This document shows positions 25,260 to 40,300 of a DNA stretch of 64,000 nucleotides, in pieces. How positions within the stretch are numbered: position 1 is the first letter of the stretch; each line of letters opens with the position of its first letter. The notes below the pieces were generated by a model, which ran no database searches, was not told the origin of the DNA, and worked only from the letters and a program-made list of their open reading frames with translations. The position numbers and the translations under genes were made by a program. This DNA is from Okamejei kenojei. Taxonomy: Eukaryota. The stretch covers positions 29,636,001 to 29,700,000 of the forward strand of contig CM069144.1 in NCBI GenBank assembly GCA_035221665.1. Direction: 5' to 3'.

Positions 25260-26681
25260 CAGTGGCTTGCAAAAGTATTCATACCCCTTGAACTTTTCCA
25301 CATTTTGTCACGTTACAATCACAAACGTAAATGTATTTTATTAGGATTGTATGTGATAGACCAACACAAAGTGGCGCATAATTGTGAAGTGGAAGGAAAA
25401 TGATACATGGTTTTCAAATCTTTTTACAAATAAAAAACTGAAAAGTGTGGCGTGCACAAGTATTCAGCCCCCTTGACTCTGATACCCCTAAATAAAATCT
25501 AGTGCAATCAATTGCCTTCAGAAGTCACCGAATTAGTAAATAGAGTCCACTTGTGTGTAATTTAATCTCAGTATAAATACAGCTGTTCTGTGAAGGCCTC
25601 AGGGGTTGGTTAAGAGAACATTAGTGAACAAACAATGTTCCTTGGGCATCATGCAGGGTTAGGTTATAAAAAGATATCCCAAGTTTGAACATCTCATGGA
25701 GCACTGTTCAATCCATCATCCGAAAGTGGAAAGAGTATGGCACAACTGCAAACCTACCAAGACATGGCCGTCCACCTAAACTGACAGGCCGGGCAAGGAC
25801 ACCATTGATCAGAGAAGCAGCAAAGCCATCCCGTTTGCAGTTTGCCACAAGCCATGTGGGGGACACAGCAAACATGTGGAGGAAGGTGCTCTGGTCTGAT
25901 GAGACCAAAATTGAAGTTTTTGGCCTAAATGCAAAACGCTATGTGTGGTGAAAAACTAACGCTGCACATCACCCTGAACACACCATCCCCACTGTGAAAC
26001 ATGGTAGTGGCAGCATCATGCTGTGGGGGTGCTTTTCTTCAGCAGGGACGGGGAAGCTGGTCAGAGTTGATGGGAAGATGGATGGAGCCAAATACTGGGC
26101 AATCTTGGAAGAAAACCTGTTAGAGTCTGCAAAGGACTTGAGACTGGGGCGAAGGTTCACCTTCCAGCAGGACAACAACCGTAAACATACAGCCAGAGCT
26201 ACAATGGAATGGTTTAGATCAAAGCATATTCATGTGTTAAAATGGCCCAGTCAAAGTCCAGATCTAAATCCAATTGAGAATCTCTGGCAAGACTTGGCAT
26301 TTGCTGTCGCAGACGCTCTCCATCCAATCTGACTGAGCTTGAGCTATTTTGCAAAGAAGAATGGGAACAAATTTCAGTCTCTAGATGTGCAAAGCTGGAG
26401 AGACATACCCCAAAAGACTTGCAGCTGTAATTGCAGCGAAAGGTGGTTCTACAAAATATTGACTCAGGGGGAGCTGAATACTTTTGCACGCCACACTTTT
26501 CAGTTTTTTATTTGTAATAAAATGTGGAAACCATGTATCATTTTCCTTCCACTTCACAATTATGCGCCACTTTGTGTTGATCTATCACATAAAATCCCAA
26601 TAAAATACATTTACGTTTGTGGTTGTAACGTGACAAAATGTGGTACAGTTCAAGAGGTATGAATACTTTTTCAAGCCATTG
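25260..26681 (+). mobile_element. Tc1-family DNA transposon (IR/DR type, DD34E), defective
   Basis: TA duplications at 25258-25259 and 26682-26683; TIRs of about 210 bp starting cagtggcttgcaaaagtattca; transposase remnants [24 protein letters not shown] with 34 residues between D and E; stop at 25949-25951 and internal deletions. Confidence 0.96.
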
Positions 26682-26959
26682 TATATAAAGTGCTATTCAA
26701 TCATAGTACTGGTCAATACATTAGACTCACTGGGGGCTGCAGGATATAGGCAAAACCACATAATGAGCTATATTACACCTCCTCCCATCTTGTCAGCAGA
26801 AACTCTCGAGATTGGTTTGGGAACATGGGGATGGGGTGTGGATAAAAGATGGCACTGTGACATAGGTGAATATAGCATGGCCCCACAGTGTAGTGTGGAA
26901 ACGTTATGCCTTCCATGTGCATGGTAATGGGTAAATACAGTTGGGAACGGCTCACTTAC

Positions 26960-27122
26960 TTGAACTGGCAGAAGATATCGGCATATTCAGCGGAAATACT
27001 TGATGCCTGTAAGACAGTCACTCTGAAAGTGAAGTTGCTGCCGATCCTGAGATGCTCTACTAGTCCATCTATCTGTGCATCGACTGGTGACTTCAATGGA
27101 CTCTCCAGATCCTCCGGGGTGG
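26960..27122 (-). CDS. KIF1A: KIF1A exon (A)[10 protein letters not shown]...[24 protein letters not shown](N)
   Basis: 163 nt, tag|...|gtaagt, phase 1-2. Confidence 0.95.
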
Positions 27123-27419
27123 CTACAGAATAGAGACAAAAGCACAATCATTCATTGAGGTATTTAGGTGGTGGGGGAGCTTCCTGGTTCCCCATGCACA
27201 AAGAAGGTTCTCCTTCTTCACCAGCCCAATCTGATCCCTCTGATTCTCTGCAAACCCTAACCCTAATTAACTTCTCATCATTGCAATACCCATTCATTCA
27301 GTTATAACATTGTCCTTCAGTTGGAAGAGTGCTGCCTGAATGGTGGTCAGATCCTTTGAGGACTGGCTGCACTGTCCCACCTGTAGGACAACTATGCTAC
27401 CTTTGAATACTTAGAAAGC

Positions 27420-28125
27420 ATGAATGGTATACTCTGTTGTAGAGCAGAAGGATCTTGGAGTGCAGGTATATAGCTCCTTGAAAGTGGTGTCACAGGTAGA
27501 TAGGGTGGTCATGAAGGCTTTTGGCACATAGGCCTTCATCAGTCAGAGTATTGAGTGTAGAAGTTGGGACCATGTTACAGTTTACAAGACATTGGTGAGG
27601 CCACATTTGGAATACTGTGTTCGATTTTTGTCACCCTGCCGTAGGAAAGATATTGTTAAGCTGGAAATGGTACAGAGAAGATTTACGAGGATGTTGCCAA
27701 GACTCGAGGGCCTGAGCCATATGGAGAGGTTGAGCAGAATAGGACGCAGGAGGGTGAGGGGTGATCTTATAAAGGTGTATAAGATCATGAGGAGATTAGA
27801 TAGGGTAACTGCACAGTCTTTTACCCAGAGTACCAGAATCAAGAACCAGAAAACATAGATGAGGTGTGAAAAATTTAATAGGAACCCAAGGGACAACTTT
27901 TTTTTACAGAGGATGGTGGGTATATGGAATGAGCTGCCAGAGGAAGTAGTTGAGGCAGGTACTATCACAGCTTTTAAAATACATTCGCTCAGGTACATGG
28001 ATAGGATATGTTTAGAAGGATATTGGCAAATGCAGGAAGGTGGGACTGGTGTAGATGAGGCATGTTGGTCGGCGTGGGCTTTTGGGCCAAGAGGCCTATT
28101 TCCACACTGTATGGCTCTATTAGTG
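27420..28125 (+). mobile_element. CR1-clade LINE 3' fragment (second subfamily)
   Basis: VRPHLEYCV..RKDIVKLEMVQRRFTRMLP..FFLQRMVGIWNELP, with a different 3' UTR. Confidence 0.9.
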
Positions 28126-29169
28126 TCACAATGCTGTGTTACACAGGGAAACCTGACAATGGTGACTGTGAATCTCATTGCTGAAGTTCACGCTCTTTAT
28201 GCAACATTTCACAGACAAGGTCAAGGTAACCCAAAGGCAGTATTTTACAGCTAAGAATGGCATGGAGCAATTTCTAGATCTGTGAATCCAGACCATATCT
28301 AAATGTGACCCTTCCCTTATTTGCTGTCCATGTACCACAATCAAAAGAGGAATCAAGAAAGGGTATTAAAAAATCTGAAGCATGGAAGCAGTCCATTCAG
28401 CCCACTATATCAGTGTCAGCCTTCCATCGAGCAACTCAATTTGTCTCACTATCCTGATATTTTGCCACAGGACTATATATTTTGTTTTAAAATGATACTT
28501 GACCAATTACATTTTGGAGGTTAATACTTTGGCTTCAGGTTGTGTATTCTGGATAATAACAGTTTGTAACATAAAAAAATAATTCACTTCCTTTCCCCAA
28601 GGAACACAACCACACGTTTGAGAGCTCAGGAGCTAATTCATCAAAATAAGGTTTCTGGGAGCTTTTCAACAAAAGAGATGGATGGTCCCAAATCAAACAC
28701 AGGCCTTTGTGCAGTTCAAGTAAAATTGTACTATATTGGAAAAGGTATGACTGAATCAATAATGTCAATTGTAAGTGCTCACCCACAGGCTATATTTTGG
28801 AGTGGGTATGGAAATGTGCTTATATTGTAAGTTTCTCGAGATTGTGATTTAATTGTATTACCTCATCTCTTTCCAAACTAAATGACTCGTGTAACATGTT
28901 GATAATCTTCTATACATGGCCAGTAACCTGTGCACTATTGCTGTACAGTCAACAGGTTTAGAAATAAACCTGTCCCACCAGCTCAGCTGATTTCACTTTG
29001 CTGGGAAGAAACCAGATATGAACATATAACCTTCTGGATATTCCACTTAGATATCCCAAGTATATTAGATTGTCTTTTTCCAAATAGCTCCTGACCTGAA
29101 GCATCCACATCCCAGACAATTCAAACCAGGTAATATACAGCGACGTGGGTTTGATCGGCCAGTACATAC

Positions 29170-29305
29170 CTATACAGGTGTTGTTGTTAACCTCGTCGGC
29201 TGAAGGGCCTGAGTCGCTCGACTGACCTTGTCCTTCAACAATGCGCAGCTCCTCCTGTGACGTGCATGAGCGAGACATTCCAGTTGTACAGCAGTCCGAC
29301 TGAAA
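29170..29305 (-). CDS. KIF1A: KIF1A exon [45 protein letters not shown]
   Basis: 136 nt, tag|...|gtatgt, phase 0-1. Confidence 0.96.
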
Positions 29306-29805
29306 CTAAACACAGCAGAGAGCATCAAAGAGCGACATCAAAAATCCTCGTAAGAATCTGTGACAAAGTTAATCAAACTAGTGATGTGTCTAACTATAAA
29401 GACCATTTTAGCCTATAGTGCAGCTAACCCAGCCACATAGTCTAAGGTCTTGTACTTTCCTCTGCTCCATGTACTTGAGCACTTTTTTCATCACTGTGGG
29501 TGGCAAGGCATTGCACAATTCAACCTGTGACAAAATGTTTTCCAATATAACTTCCCACCCCTTACCTAAAATATTAATATAATTGCCGGTCATTGCTGAA
29601 TCCCCATCAAAGGAGAGTCTTATGTTATGTTCATGTTTTAAGATATTACCATTTTCCATTGAGTTACCTCTTGACCTTCTTTGCTCCCGTAGAAATTATT
29701 CTCTGAATTATTACATTACATTGGGTATTCAGGATGTCTTACCATGTACTTATCCTCACAGTTTATGTTGCTGGTAAATTATTTATTCAATCTATTCTGG
29801 GTCTA

Positions 29806-30231
<426 letters not shown>

Positions 30232-30672
30232 TCACAATATTTCACAATTAACATGTAGAAATGTTGATAATTCCTGTATTATCTTTATAGGAGTGCTTCA
30301 TTTCTGAATTTCTATCCAATGTGATGTAATTTAGTGCATGTTAAAATCATGACAGCATGTATTAAGGCACAAGTCACAGGACACCATTTTAACCTCACAT
30401 GTCAAGTAAAACATTAAAGGATTCAAATAATCACTTGTCTTGGTTTACTTTCCACACTGAGATAAGATTGTGCTGGGCAGAAGCATAAATGGGTAATTGC
30501 AAATCAGCACCTCATTCAAATTCATTTTCTTTGCTACTGACTATTGACATATTTAATTCCAGGGCAACCAAACATATCTCATACAATTCTTTCCTTTTCT
30601 GATGATGCTAATACATTCCAGAGTGAAAGACATGGTGTAACCCCTAGGGGAATGAGTTTTGCAATGTGAAAT

Positions 30673-31578
30673 GATGACACAAAGCTGGGTGGCAGTGTGA
30701 ACTGTGAGGTGGATGCTATGAGAATGCAGGGTGACTTGGACAGGTTGTGGGAGTGGGCAGATGCATGGCAGATGAAGTTTAATGTGGATAAATGTGAGGT
30801 TATCCACTTTGGTAGCAAAAACTGGAGGGCAGATTACTATCTAAATGGCGTCAAGTTGGGAAATGGGGGAGTACAACGGGATCTGGGAGTCCTTGTACAT
30901 CAGTCTATGAAAGTAAGCATCCAGGTACAGCAGGCAGTGAAGAAAGTGAATGGCAGGTTGGCCTTTATAACAAGAGGAATCGAATATAGGAGCAAAGAGG
31001 TCCTTCTGCAGTTGTACAGAGCCCTCATGAGACCACACCTGGAGTACTGTGTGCAGTTTTGGTCCACTAATTTGAGGAAGGACATTCTTGCTATTGAGGG
31101 AGTGCAGCGTACGTTTACAAGGTTAATTCCCGGGATGGCAGGACTGTCATGTGCTGAGAGAATGGAGCAGCTGGGCTTGTACTCTCTGGAGTTTAGAAGG
31201 ATGAGAGGGAATCTCATAGAGCCATATAAGATTGTTAAGGGTTTGGACACGCTAGAGGCAGGAAACATGTTCCCGATGTTGGGGTAGTCCAGAACCATGG
31301 GCCACAGTTTAAGAATAAGGAGTAAGCCATTTAGAACGGAGACGAGGAAATACTTTTTCTTAGAGAGTGGTGAGTCTGTGGAATTCAGAGGGCGGTGGAG
31401 GCAGGTTTCTGGATGTTTTCAAGAGAGAGCTAGATAGGGCTCTTAAAAATAGCGGAGTCAGGGGATATGGGGAGAAGGCAGAAATGGGGTACTGATTGGG
31501 GATGATCAGCCATGATCACATTGAATGGCGGTGCTGGCTCGAAGGGCCGAATGGCCTACTCCTGCACCTATTGTCTAT
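30673..31578 (+). mobile_element. CR1-clade LINE, 5'-truncated
   Basis: Begins at DDTKLGG of the RT, includes ORF 30697-31287, ends in cacctattgtctat. Confidence 0.95.
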
Positions 31579-31819
31579 AAATCAGGCCCTTTGGCCAACT
31601 TGCCCACACCAGCCAACATGTTCCATCTACGTCCCACCTGCCTGCATTTGGCCCATATCCCTCAAAACCTGTCCTATCCATGTACCTGTCTATATGTTTC
31701 TTAGTACTAAATGCTCCTAAATGTCTCCCGATGTGTGGCAGTACAGTGTGTGACCCTCTGTACGACTCATTCCCAGTGAGTGAAAGGAGAATGTGTGTCC
31801 ACTATGCCTCATTCTGACG

Positions 31820-32221
<402 letters not shown>

Positions 32222-34399
32222 CTACACTTCCATGTTGGCTCAGGGACTTCACAGCTGGGATTGTTAGAACATGGCATTGTTGATTTGTTTTTCTTGCAGC
32301 TGGCATTAGTTAACACGAGATTTTTTAAAGACAGAGCTCACTGCACAGGTTTGTGAGAAAGAATGAACATGGTGAATATGAATGACTGAAGGTTTGGATT
32401 TGATTTTTGCCTGTCCAATATTTTTTAACAGATGTGATCTGGTGCTGACTTCATTTAAAGATGCTCCAGTTTGCTGGTAGTTAGTGTTAATGATTTTTTT
32501 TCTCTTTCTCCACATGAACTGAATAGATGGCCCACAGAAGCCACCAACTTGATTAGCCCAAAAGCTCTTTTCTCTTTCTAGTCGTCATGTGTCAACTCAA
32601 TAGGCTGGTAGCAGTCATAAGATTTCATAGCAAGTATCCCTAAATCTTTGTGACAGCATGTCACCGTTTTTGGTTGCACTGTTCATTTGAGTATTGAGTT
32701 CAGTCAGATTGTCCCAATGTCCAGAATGGCGGAGCAGACCACTGTTCACTTTGCCTCCACCATTGAAATCATTAATGGTGAATGTATTAACTCATCAGAT
32801 CTGGATTTATGCTGGCTCAGAAACTTTCATGACAAAATCTAATCTGCTTTCCACATGGAGAAGGTGTCTCCTCCTGGCAGATACTGAAACCGAGGGGTAG
32901 GGAGGGGCAGTAGTGTAGTAATGAGTATTCAGCTAATTTTAGGACTGGTCATGTTGATAGTTGATAGTTTGCGCAATTGGAATAGTTTGCTCTGCCCATC
33001 AAGGCATACTGGCTTGATTTGGAGCCTTAGCTGATGATGTTGTTCATCACTCTTTCTTTTATACTGATAGGACTTGACATTCAATTACAGATCTAACAAC
33101 ACCGAATGTAGCCATCATGCACTAGCAGTTGACTCACTTTGTGACTGGATTTAGTCAACAAAAGTGGTTCTACATCCAACACCACCCCTGCTTTTTAGCT
33201 TGGGCTGTCCTCCCGCTTCTTCTGTAAATACAGCTCTTACTTTTGGATGCTCAAAGATAGTAACTGGTATGACATTTTTCATTTAAGGAAAACTGCCATG
33301 AGATGCAATTTTCTAACAGGATGCATAATACTGGCCAACCAAGTGATGCTTTTGCAACAGTCGCATTCTTCAATTAAAATGAATCACATTTTTCATGCCA
33401 TGATGGTACATGAATGGTCCATGCTTCTGGGTGAAGGTAAATCATCCAACTTCATATGGACTATCTTCTGGTTCATCACAGAGCATTTCAATGCTGCAGT
33501 TCTTCCTCACATTACTGGAGTTTCCAAAGAGGCCTCAACATACAAACGTTCGACTCAAAGACAAGAGTGACATTGACGGAACCACCACTGACAATTAACT
33601 AAGAGATCTTAGTTCCTAACATGGAGTAATAAAATCATACTGCATATAAATGGGCCCTTCAGCCTACCATCTGACCATCAAGTACTTTTCTATACTAATG
33701 ACATTTAGCAGCACTTGATCTGAAGCCTACTGTGCAGTGGGAATTCAAGTGCTCATCATGATACTTCCTAAATGAGACTCTGACCCATGAAAAAATGTGA
33801 GTGTAACTGCCTCCAATATCTTCTCAGGTAGTCAGGTTTGGATTCCAACCAACCTCTGGGTAAACAAATTTGTCTTCCAATGTCCTCTATGGGAATTAAT
33901 TATAGACAAAATCAGTATATGAATCAGTATATTTATTTTTAACTGTTGCCCCCACCCCATTGTTTATTTATTTTCAAAGAGGAGGTAAAGGTGATCACAT
34001 TGCGTTGATCGGTCCAATTGTGACAATATATCTTCCTCTTAGGGTAGAATTCTAGCGGGGCAAATTTTCCACCAATCCCTCAATCCCTGCATAATTGGCC
34101 AACACTGACACACAGTGGAGTTTCATTGCCAAAAGGTAATGTTCCATTGATCATTAAAGATTCATGACCCAGGAAAATGAGTCCGAGTAAGGGAGAATTC
34201 AAAGAATAAATGAAAGGAGAAAGAAAGAGATAAGACAAAACCCTATATGCTGGTAGCTGAAAGAGAGCAATTACATGTGGGTGCCAGCAAAATCTGCCAA
34301 GAAGAAGAAGCCTGCATCTCTAAAGTGTTTTGCATGGAGTAGACTACAAAGGGGAGGCAGCAGTGAGCTTTATGTTGGTGACCACTTGGAAGCAGTGGT

Positions 34400-35600
34400 A
34401 TGACTCCTTGTGATCACAGGACAACCTGCAGCATCAATCGAGAAGTGGTCTGGATCACTGGTGAGGCAGAAAACATTTTCAACAGACATAAGCCTGACCA
34501 TGAAACTGGCAGAACACGAGTGACAGGAAAAGGAAATTATTAATGTTCATTGACTAGATTGTCCTCTGCTGCAGTTCTAGGCAGATCTTGGAGAATCTAC
34601 GTTGACTCCAAATCAAATTTCAGACCTGAGAAATGAAGACATTTTGTGCTGATTTGACAGGATTCCTTAGGCTGGTGGCTATCCAGAAGTCCCACGAACT
34701 GAAATGGAAACTCAGGTGAAGAGCAATAAATTGATAAGAATTGTAAGGGTTGATTAGAATTGTTTCCAAAGTATCTTTCGTAGATGGATCAACCAACTTC
34801 TTTCCATGATAACTACACCCTCCTTTGATTACACAGGTAAGAAATGGGGCATTTATTTTTCGGTAGAAAACATTGATCTGCAATCTGCTGTTCTGTCTGT
34901 TGGCCTGTTTATGTCAGAAATAACCATCTCACGTTTCTTTAATCAATACTAACAATGAACTGGATTGCTTTTCTTCAAAGTGCCTTCGCGAGATGACATT
35001 GATGTGGTGTTAACTGGTGACTCTTGTTTGATGCCTTTACAGTTGTCAGAACTTGAACTTTGTTATTTTAGGAAGTATTTCATCCAGTTCTGAAACCATC
35101 TCCAATCGTGATTTATTCATGAAACAGGCTTCTGGACTCATCTCCACCATCAGGTGATGTGCCAAGTAATGCAATACTCTTTGACTGAGACATATACAGG
35201 CACCACAAAATGCTGGACATTCTCAAATGGTTTAACCATTAATGAATTCTTGAAGGCAGAGCTGGTCGGATTCCTCGTGATGACCGGATATCTTGCAACA
35301 GTTTATAATAGAGAAAACTTTTCAAAATCCATAAACCTGAGTAGGGAACTGACAACCCATCCCAGTAAATGGGTACTTAATGTGTCAGGAAAAGTGAATT
35401 ACTTGTTTTCACTCACTAAGTTTTAGGAAAAGGCTATTGAATTTGTGAAGAAGGCCCCGTGATTGGCCACTGGCAGAAAGGATTCCATTGATGAGGTTGT
35501 ATTCAAGTGTGTGAAAGGGAATAAAGTGTAAAGTCCCTGAGTGATCGAAGTAGAACCACCTGCAATCTTCATCCAACATATACAGCACGCCACAGTGCCA
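34400..35600 (+). mobile_element. Possible highly decayed Ty3/Gypsy pol remnant
   Basis: AELVGFLVMTGYLA...LSRELT resembles the RT/RNase H linker (ELQRFLGMVNYL...LRELT); a GSISSSSE stretch at about 35070 resembles FGISSA; no LTRs seen. Confidence 0.35.
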
Positions 35601-37293
35601 GGAAGCAAAGCAGCAAAACAAAGCAGCATCAAAAGCCAGCCAAAGCCAGCCAGTGAGAAACTGGAGACAACCACACATGTACCACCAAAAGATTCATCAA
35701 CAAGTCACAATTAGCACGGAGGGGCGGGAATCACTGCTGCCTTGCAATCAAGCAAACTTTGTAGACATAAAAACATCTGTAATAAAAAGAACATAAAGAA
35801 AAAAGATATTCAGTAGCATTAAATATGAGCAACCATACTGGATCCAGTGGATTCAGTCTGCTTCAAGAGGAAACAAAATCCGAATGGGACAAACACCCAG
35901 TTTCCATTGCCTAATCTGTAAATTTTCCACAAAAAAAAATGGAATCTAGTACGCAGAAGATTAAAACTTCTCATAAGCTCAACTGCTTAATTGCAAAACA
36001 TTTACCAGGCACTTCAACCTTTTTTTGTCATAAGAAAGTTTCACAAACAGTGACAAATGGAGAATGGTAGAGCAGGCAATGTTCTGTTCATTTGAGCGTG
36101 ATATATCGGGGCAGTCTGCTGTGTGTAGCAGTTATTGTATTTCAAGGGCATTTTTCAGTGTGAGCTAGATCATCTCTGGCAACTAACCACAGTCACCAAG
36201 ATTCAAAGTTCTCTTATATCTTTATCCTTCCTGGATGTTATACTGGGATTATGTACAATTGCTGCCTGCATTACCGAAGGGAATAATATATCATAGCCAG
36301 ATGCATAGGGGGAAAAAAAAATGGCATTTATAATTAAAAAATACCAGTAGCATGAATTTTATCATTCTTTAGGACTTCTAAATGCAGTAGGATATTACCA
36401 AATGTCTAAAGTGTGACCATCATAGGTTGAAGCTTGATCACTCACTAGCTTCAGGTGTATCCACAGATTATTTCTTCTTATATTGTAGGGTCTGTCTTCT
36501 GCTGTTTATGCAATTTTAGGAATATTTACAATAATGCAAACTGGAAAAGTAAGTTTATTGTAAATCCAAATCCGTAGAGGGGTAATCAGATCCAAAGCTT
36601 CTGTGCAATTTACCTATCTAATGCATCCTGCAGATATAACCTGGGGGAATTTAACATTTCCAAAAATATGAGATAAATTGTTTATTCACTGGTTGTGTGA
36701 CATCCACTGCCCAGAAGCTGACACTTAGTCATCTCCAGAATAGTGAAGAGTAAAGACTTTTGTAATCAGTTTTTTTAAGCTTTTTGTTGTAAAATAAACA
36801 CCAACACTGTTGTTGTATTTGTTCAGTACACTACACTTTCATTTACCACTGCAAAATATCATGTGATTAACAAGTCAGCTCACCTTTGGAAAACAGGGTC
36901 GCAGTGTAATCAGTATTATGTTCTTTATACTCCTGGAAAATTGTCAGGAACCTTTTGATGTGAAGTATTAGCAGTAGTGAGCTCAATGTCAAGATACACC
37001 AGATGATTTGGGGCATAGCTATACTGAAACTCCATTACGACATTTAACTTTGTCCCACACTGGTTTATGGTGATGTTCATAGTGATCAAAGTTTAGAGTT
37101 CTATTAGCTTGGAATTAGGGTTGGCTGAATGAAAGAAACACTAGCCTGCCTCCCAACACTTGGTGGCCAGCACACCATTTGATTAAAATCAGTGAAATAC
37201 ATTGAGTATCCAGAAATCTTAATTTCAATGACTTAATGCAGACATGGGGTTAGTTGCTCCTTTCACCTCAGTCTGAGGACATAATGTTAAATT

Positions 37294-37382
37294 GGAGGAT
37301 GGGGGTGGGGGGTGGTGGGGGTGGGTGGGTGTGGGGGGGGGGGGGGGGGAAGAGGTCAGACATGGGGGATGAAAGGTGGGGT
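37294..37382 (+). repeat. G-rich low-complexity tract (potential G-quadruplex)
   Basis: More than eight runs of three or more G, including a long poly-G. Confidence 0.7.
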
Positions 37383-40300
37383 TTTGTAAATGACCTAACA
37401 ATCCAAGAAGCCTAGACATTCTAATCATACGTTTTTGCATTTCTGGCCAGGGAATTTTTCAGGTGGACATGACAGGAAATGTCACACACATAAATGTTCC
37501 GTATGCCATTCTATCAATGCACAATATCTTGCACGTATTACCAGAATGTAGCTCACTCTGCTCAGTTCCCATTGTGCCTCTGATGGTGATGGTATACCAT
37601 TTCATTTCTACGTCCATCATTCTCATATTTTCATTTTACAAGATTTCTTAACATAGACACCATGAAGAGCCCAGTCTAGGATAGCGGAAGATTACATCTA
37701 CTGTATACACATAGAAGTTTAGAATCAACATATTCTCAGGGATGCTATCAGTAAGATCCCATCAATCTTTCACCAATGGTGATTCCTGGGTCTTGCTCGG
37801 TGAGCACCTACTGACATCTCTGATGAAGGGTCTTGGACAGGAAGCATTAACTGTTTCTCTTTCCACAAATGTTGCCTGAGTTGCTCTGTGTTACAAAATA
37901 TTTTGTTTTTATTATAACTGTATCAGATACTCTCCAAAACGATCTGCCAACATTAAATTATTTATCTGGTGAGCTTTGGGCATCTAGAAGGAATGTTATA
38001 TATTTTTTCCTGGGTGCTTGTCATGAAATATAATTCTATTTATTGCTAACATCTGTTTCTGAACATAGTGAAAATAATTTTAAATAGAATATTGAGTCTG
38101 CAGCCACAGAAATTATCAAGGAAACATATTTCATTAAATGCATTCGTAATGAAAAGAAATTGCAAGGTTCTTAACAAAGTTAATCCCCCTCCTTGTCCAA
38201 CTAGCTCCAGGGGGATGTGATAATGTTGTACCAATTCAGTTCAGCACAGCTTTAATCTAAAACATGATAAACAGGAATAAAAAAACATCTGTGTGACTCA
38301 TGCGACAATCACAAATAGAAACCCTGAACATGGCAAGACACTTGAAGCAGACTGAATATACAGTGGCCAATGCAAAGGAGCTGGTAACAAGATTGGTGAG
38401 GTGCAAAGGTGGCATGCTCAGAACACAAAGCTTTCAACACAAGAAATAAGGAAATGAAGAACGTCAGTTGAAAAAAAACATTGGCTAAACATTGGTAGAG
38501 CCAGCTTCTATTGTAGTGCCTGTAACATTAACAGAAGGTACCCAGCATCTGGCGCAGCGGTTTTCAAAATGGCTGCACAGCAGGTAGCAAAACAGTAGTG
38601 CCAACGTGCGTGCACAGTGAAAAAACTATTTTATTATTTTTCCAAAACCACTGTGCTGGGATAGCCAATTGAGATAAACTGAAACATGTTTGGAAACTGA
38701 ATGCCTTGGCATGCCTTGTTGTGATGCCTTGGCATGACCTACTCAGCAAGTCTGGCATGCCCTACTGAGATGAGCTGGTAAGGGGACAAGCTCTTTCATC
38801 GGGAGAACTGTAGGATTCAAAGCTGTGAAAAAAGATCTCAGATATCAATGGGCTATGAATTATAAGACTGACAAGGCAACTGCATTGACACCTGGACTAA
38901 ACCTCCAAGTTAATATAGAGGTTTACATTCAAAACATTATAATTCAAACAAACACTTCTAAACCAGAAGCAACACAGTGCATATTCATTAAATGTAACTG
39001 AAATTTAATAATTTTTAATATATTTAATGATATTGGTCTGGAGATTTTGTTACCTTTACATAATACCATCTAGCTGTTCAGCAGACACTCAAGAAGGATA
39101 ATCTTTCCCAAGAAAACCTAGGAGTGGGTCGAGATTAACACATGCCTGCAACTGTGAGTAGTGAGCAGAGTGACCATCACCTACATGAGTTGTGAAGAAT
39201 AGGCATAGCGACACACACTCTTAGGTGCTTCCTGTCAATCTTCAAGATCTTTTATAACCATCCCTGGTCCAATTCATCTTGCGTGAATTTGTCACAAGAA
39301 TTTGTTTACCAAGTTGTTTACTGTTGGCCTCCTGAATTTGAACTATGTTGGAAAAGGATTTCTTGCATCTTAACCCTGCATTAGGATGCACCCACCCTTG
39401 CCCTTACCCATCTCCATTAATCTGATTTCTCCAACTCCATGAATTCATCAAATATTTAGTTTTGCAATTCTCCCAACGGCCTTACCCACAACTAACTTTA
39501 TAAATTTGTCCCATGCTATGCCACCTTTCAGCCCTCCATCAGTTGAAGAGATGTTATGTACATCGGCCTTTCTCTCAGCCCCGAATTGTTCTTCTTCAAT
39601 GCTTTTCTTCCCTCTAAACTGGTTATTCACTTGCTTTTATTTCGCAACCTTTCACTTCGATCAGAAGCCCTGCTCTCTCCTATTTAAGAGTTTACTTGTT
39701 CCTTGTTGGAACACAATATGGTCAGAAGGTAAAGGGTATATTTAATTGCTGCTTGTTGTTAGTGTTCTGAGATTAAACACAAGCACTGGACAACTCTATT
39801 TAAGGAGTAGATTTCTCCTGCTTTCCTTGAAAGCTCTAGTTCTATCAACTGCATACCAAATATTTTCCTGGTAAGAGGTAACAATTTCCAAACCAAAAAA
39901 GTTGCACAATCCTTCTTTAAAAAAAAAATTAACAAAAAATGTAGTAAATTGTGCATTAATGCAAGTCTCACTGCAGTGCCCTATTGTCAACCATGCTAGA
40001 AACCACAGCAAAAGCTGCCTTCCTCCGTGAGATACAATGGAATCCATATGTATACAACTATGATGTAAACAAAGGCACAGAAATGTAACCAATTTAGCTG
40101 CATCCATTTTGGCTATCCAGTCGTTGGGTTTAAAAGGTGAAATCCAGTGCTTCTGACCCACCCATCCAAAATCTAACTGAAGCATTTTATTGTCCCGTGG
40201 AACACATGGGTCTCTGACAAGAGGGAGAATGCAGCAAGTGGAAGCTGCTGCACTGTCAGTATATTCTCAAACACAGGGGGATCCACTGGGCATCCTGCAC

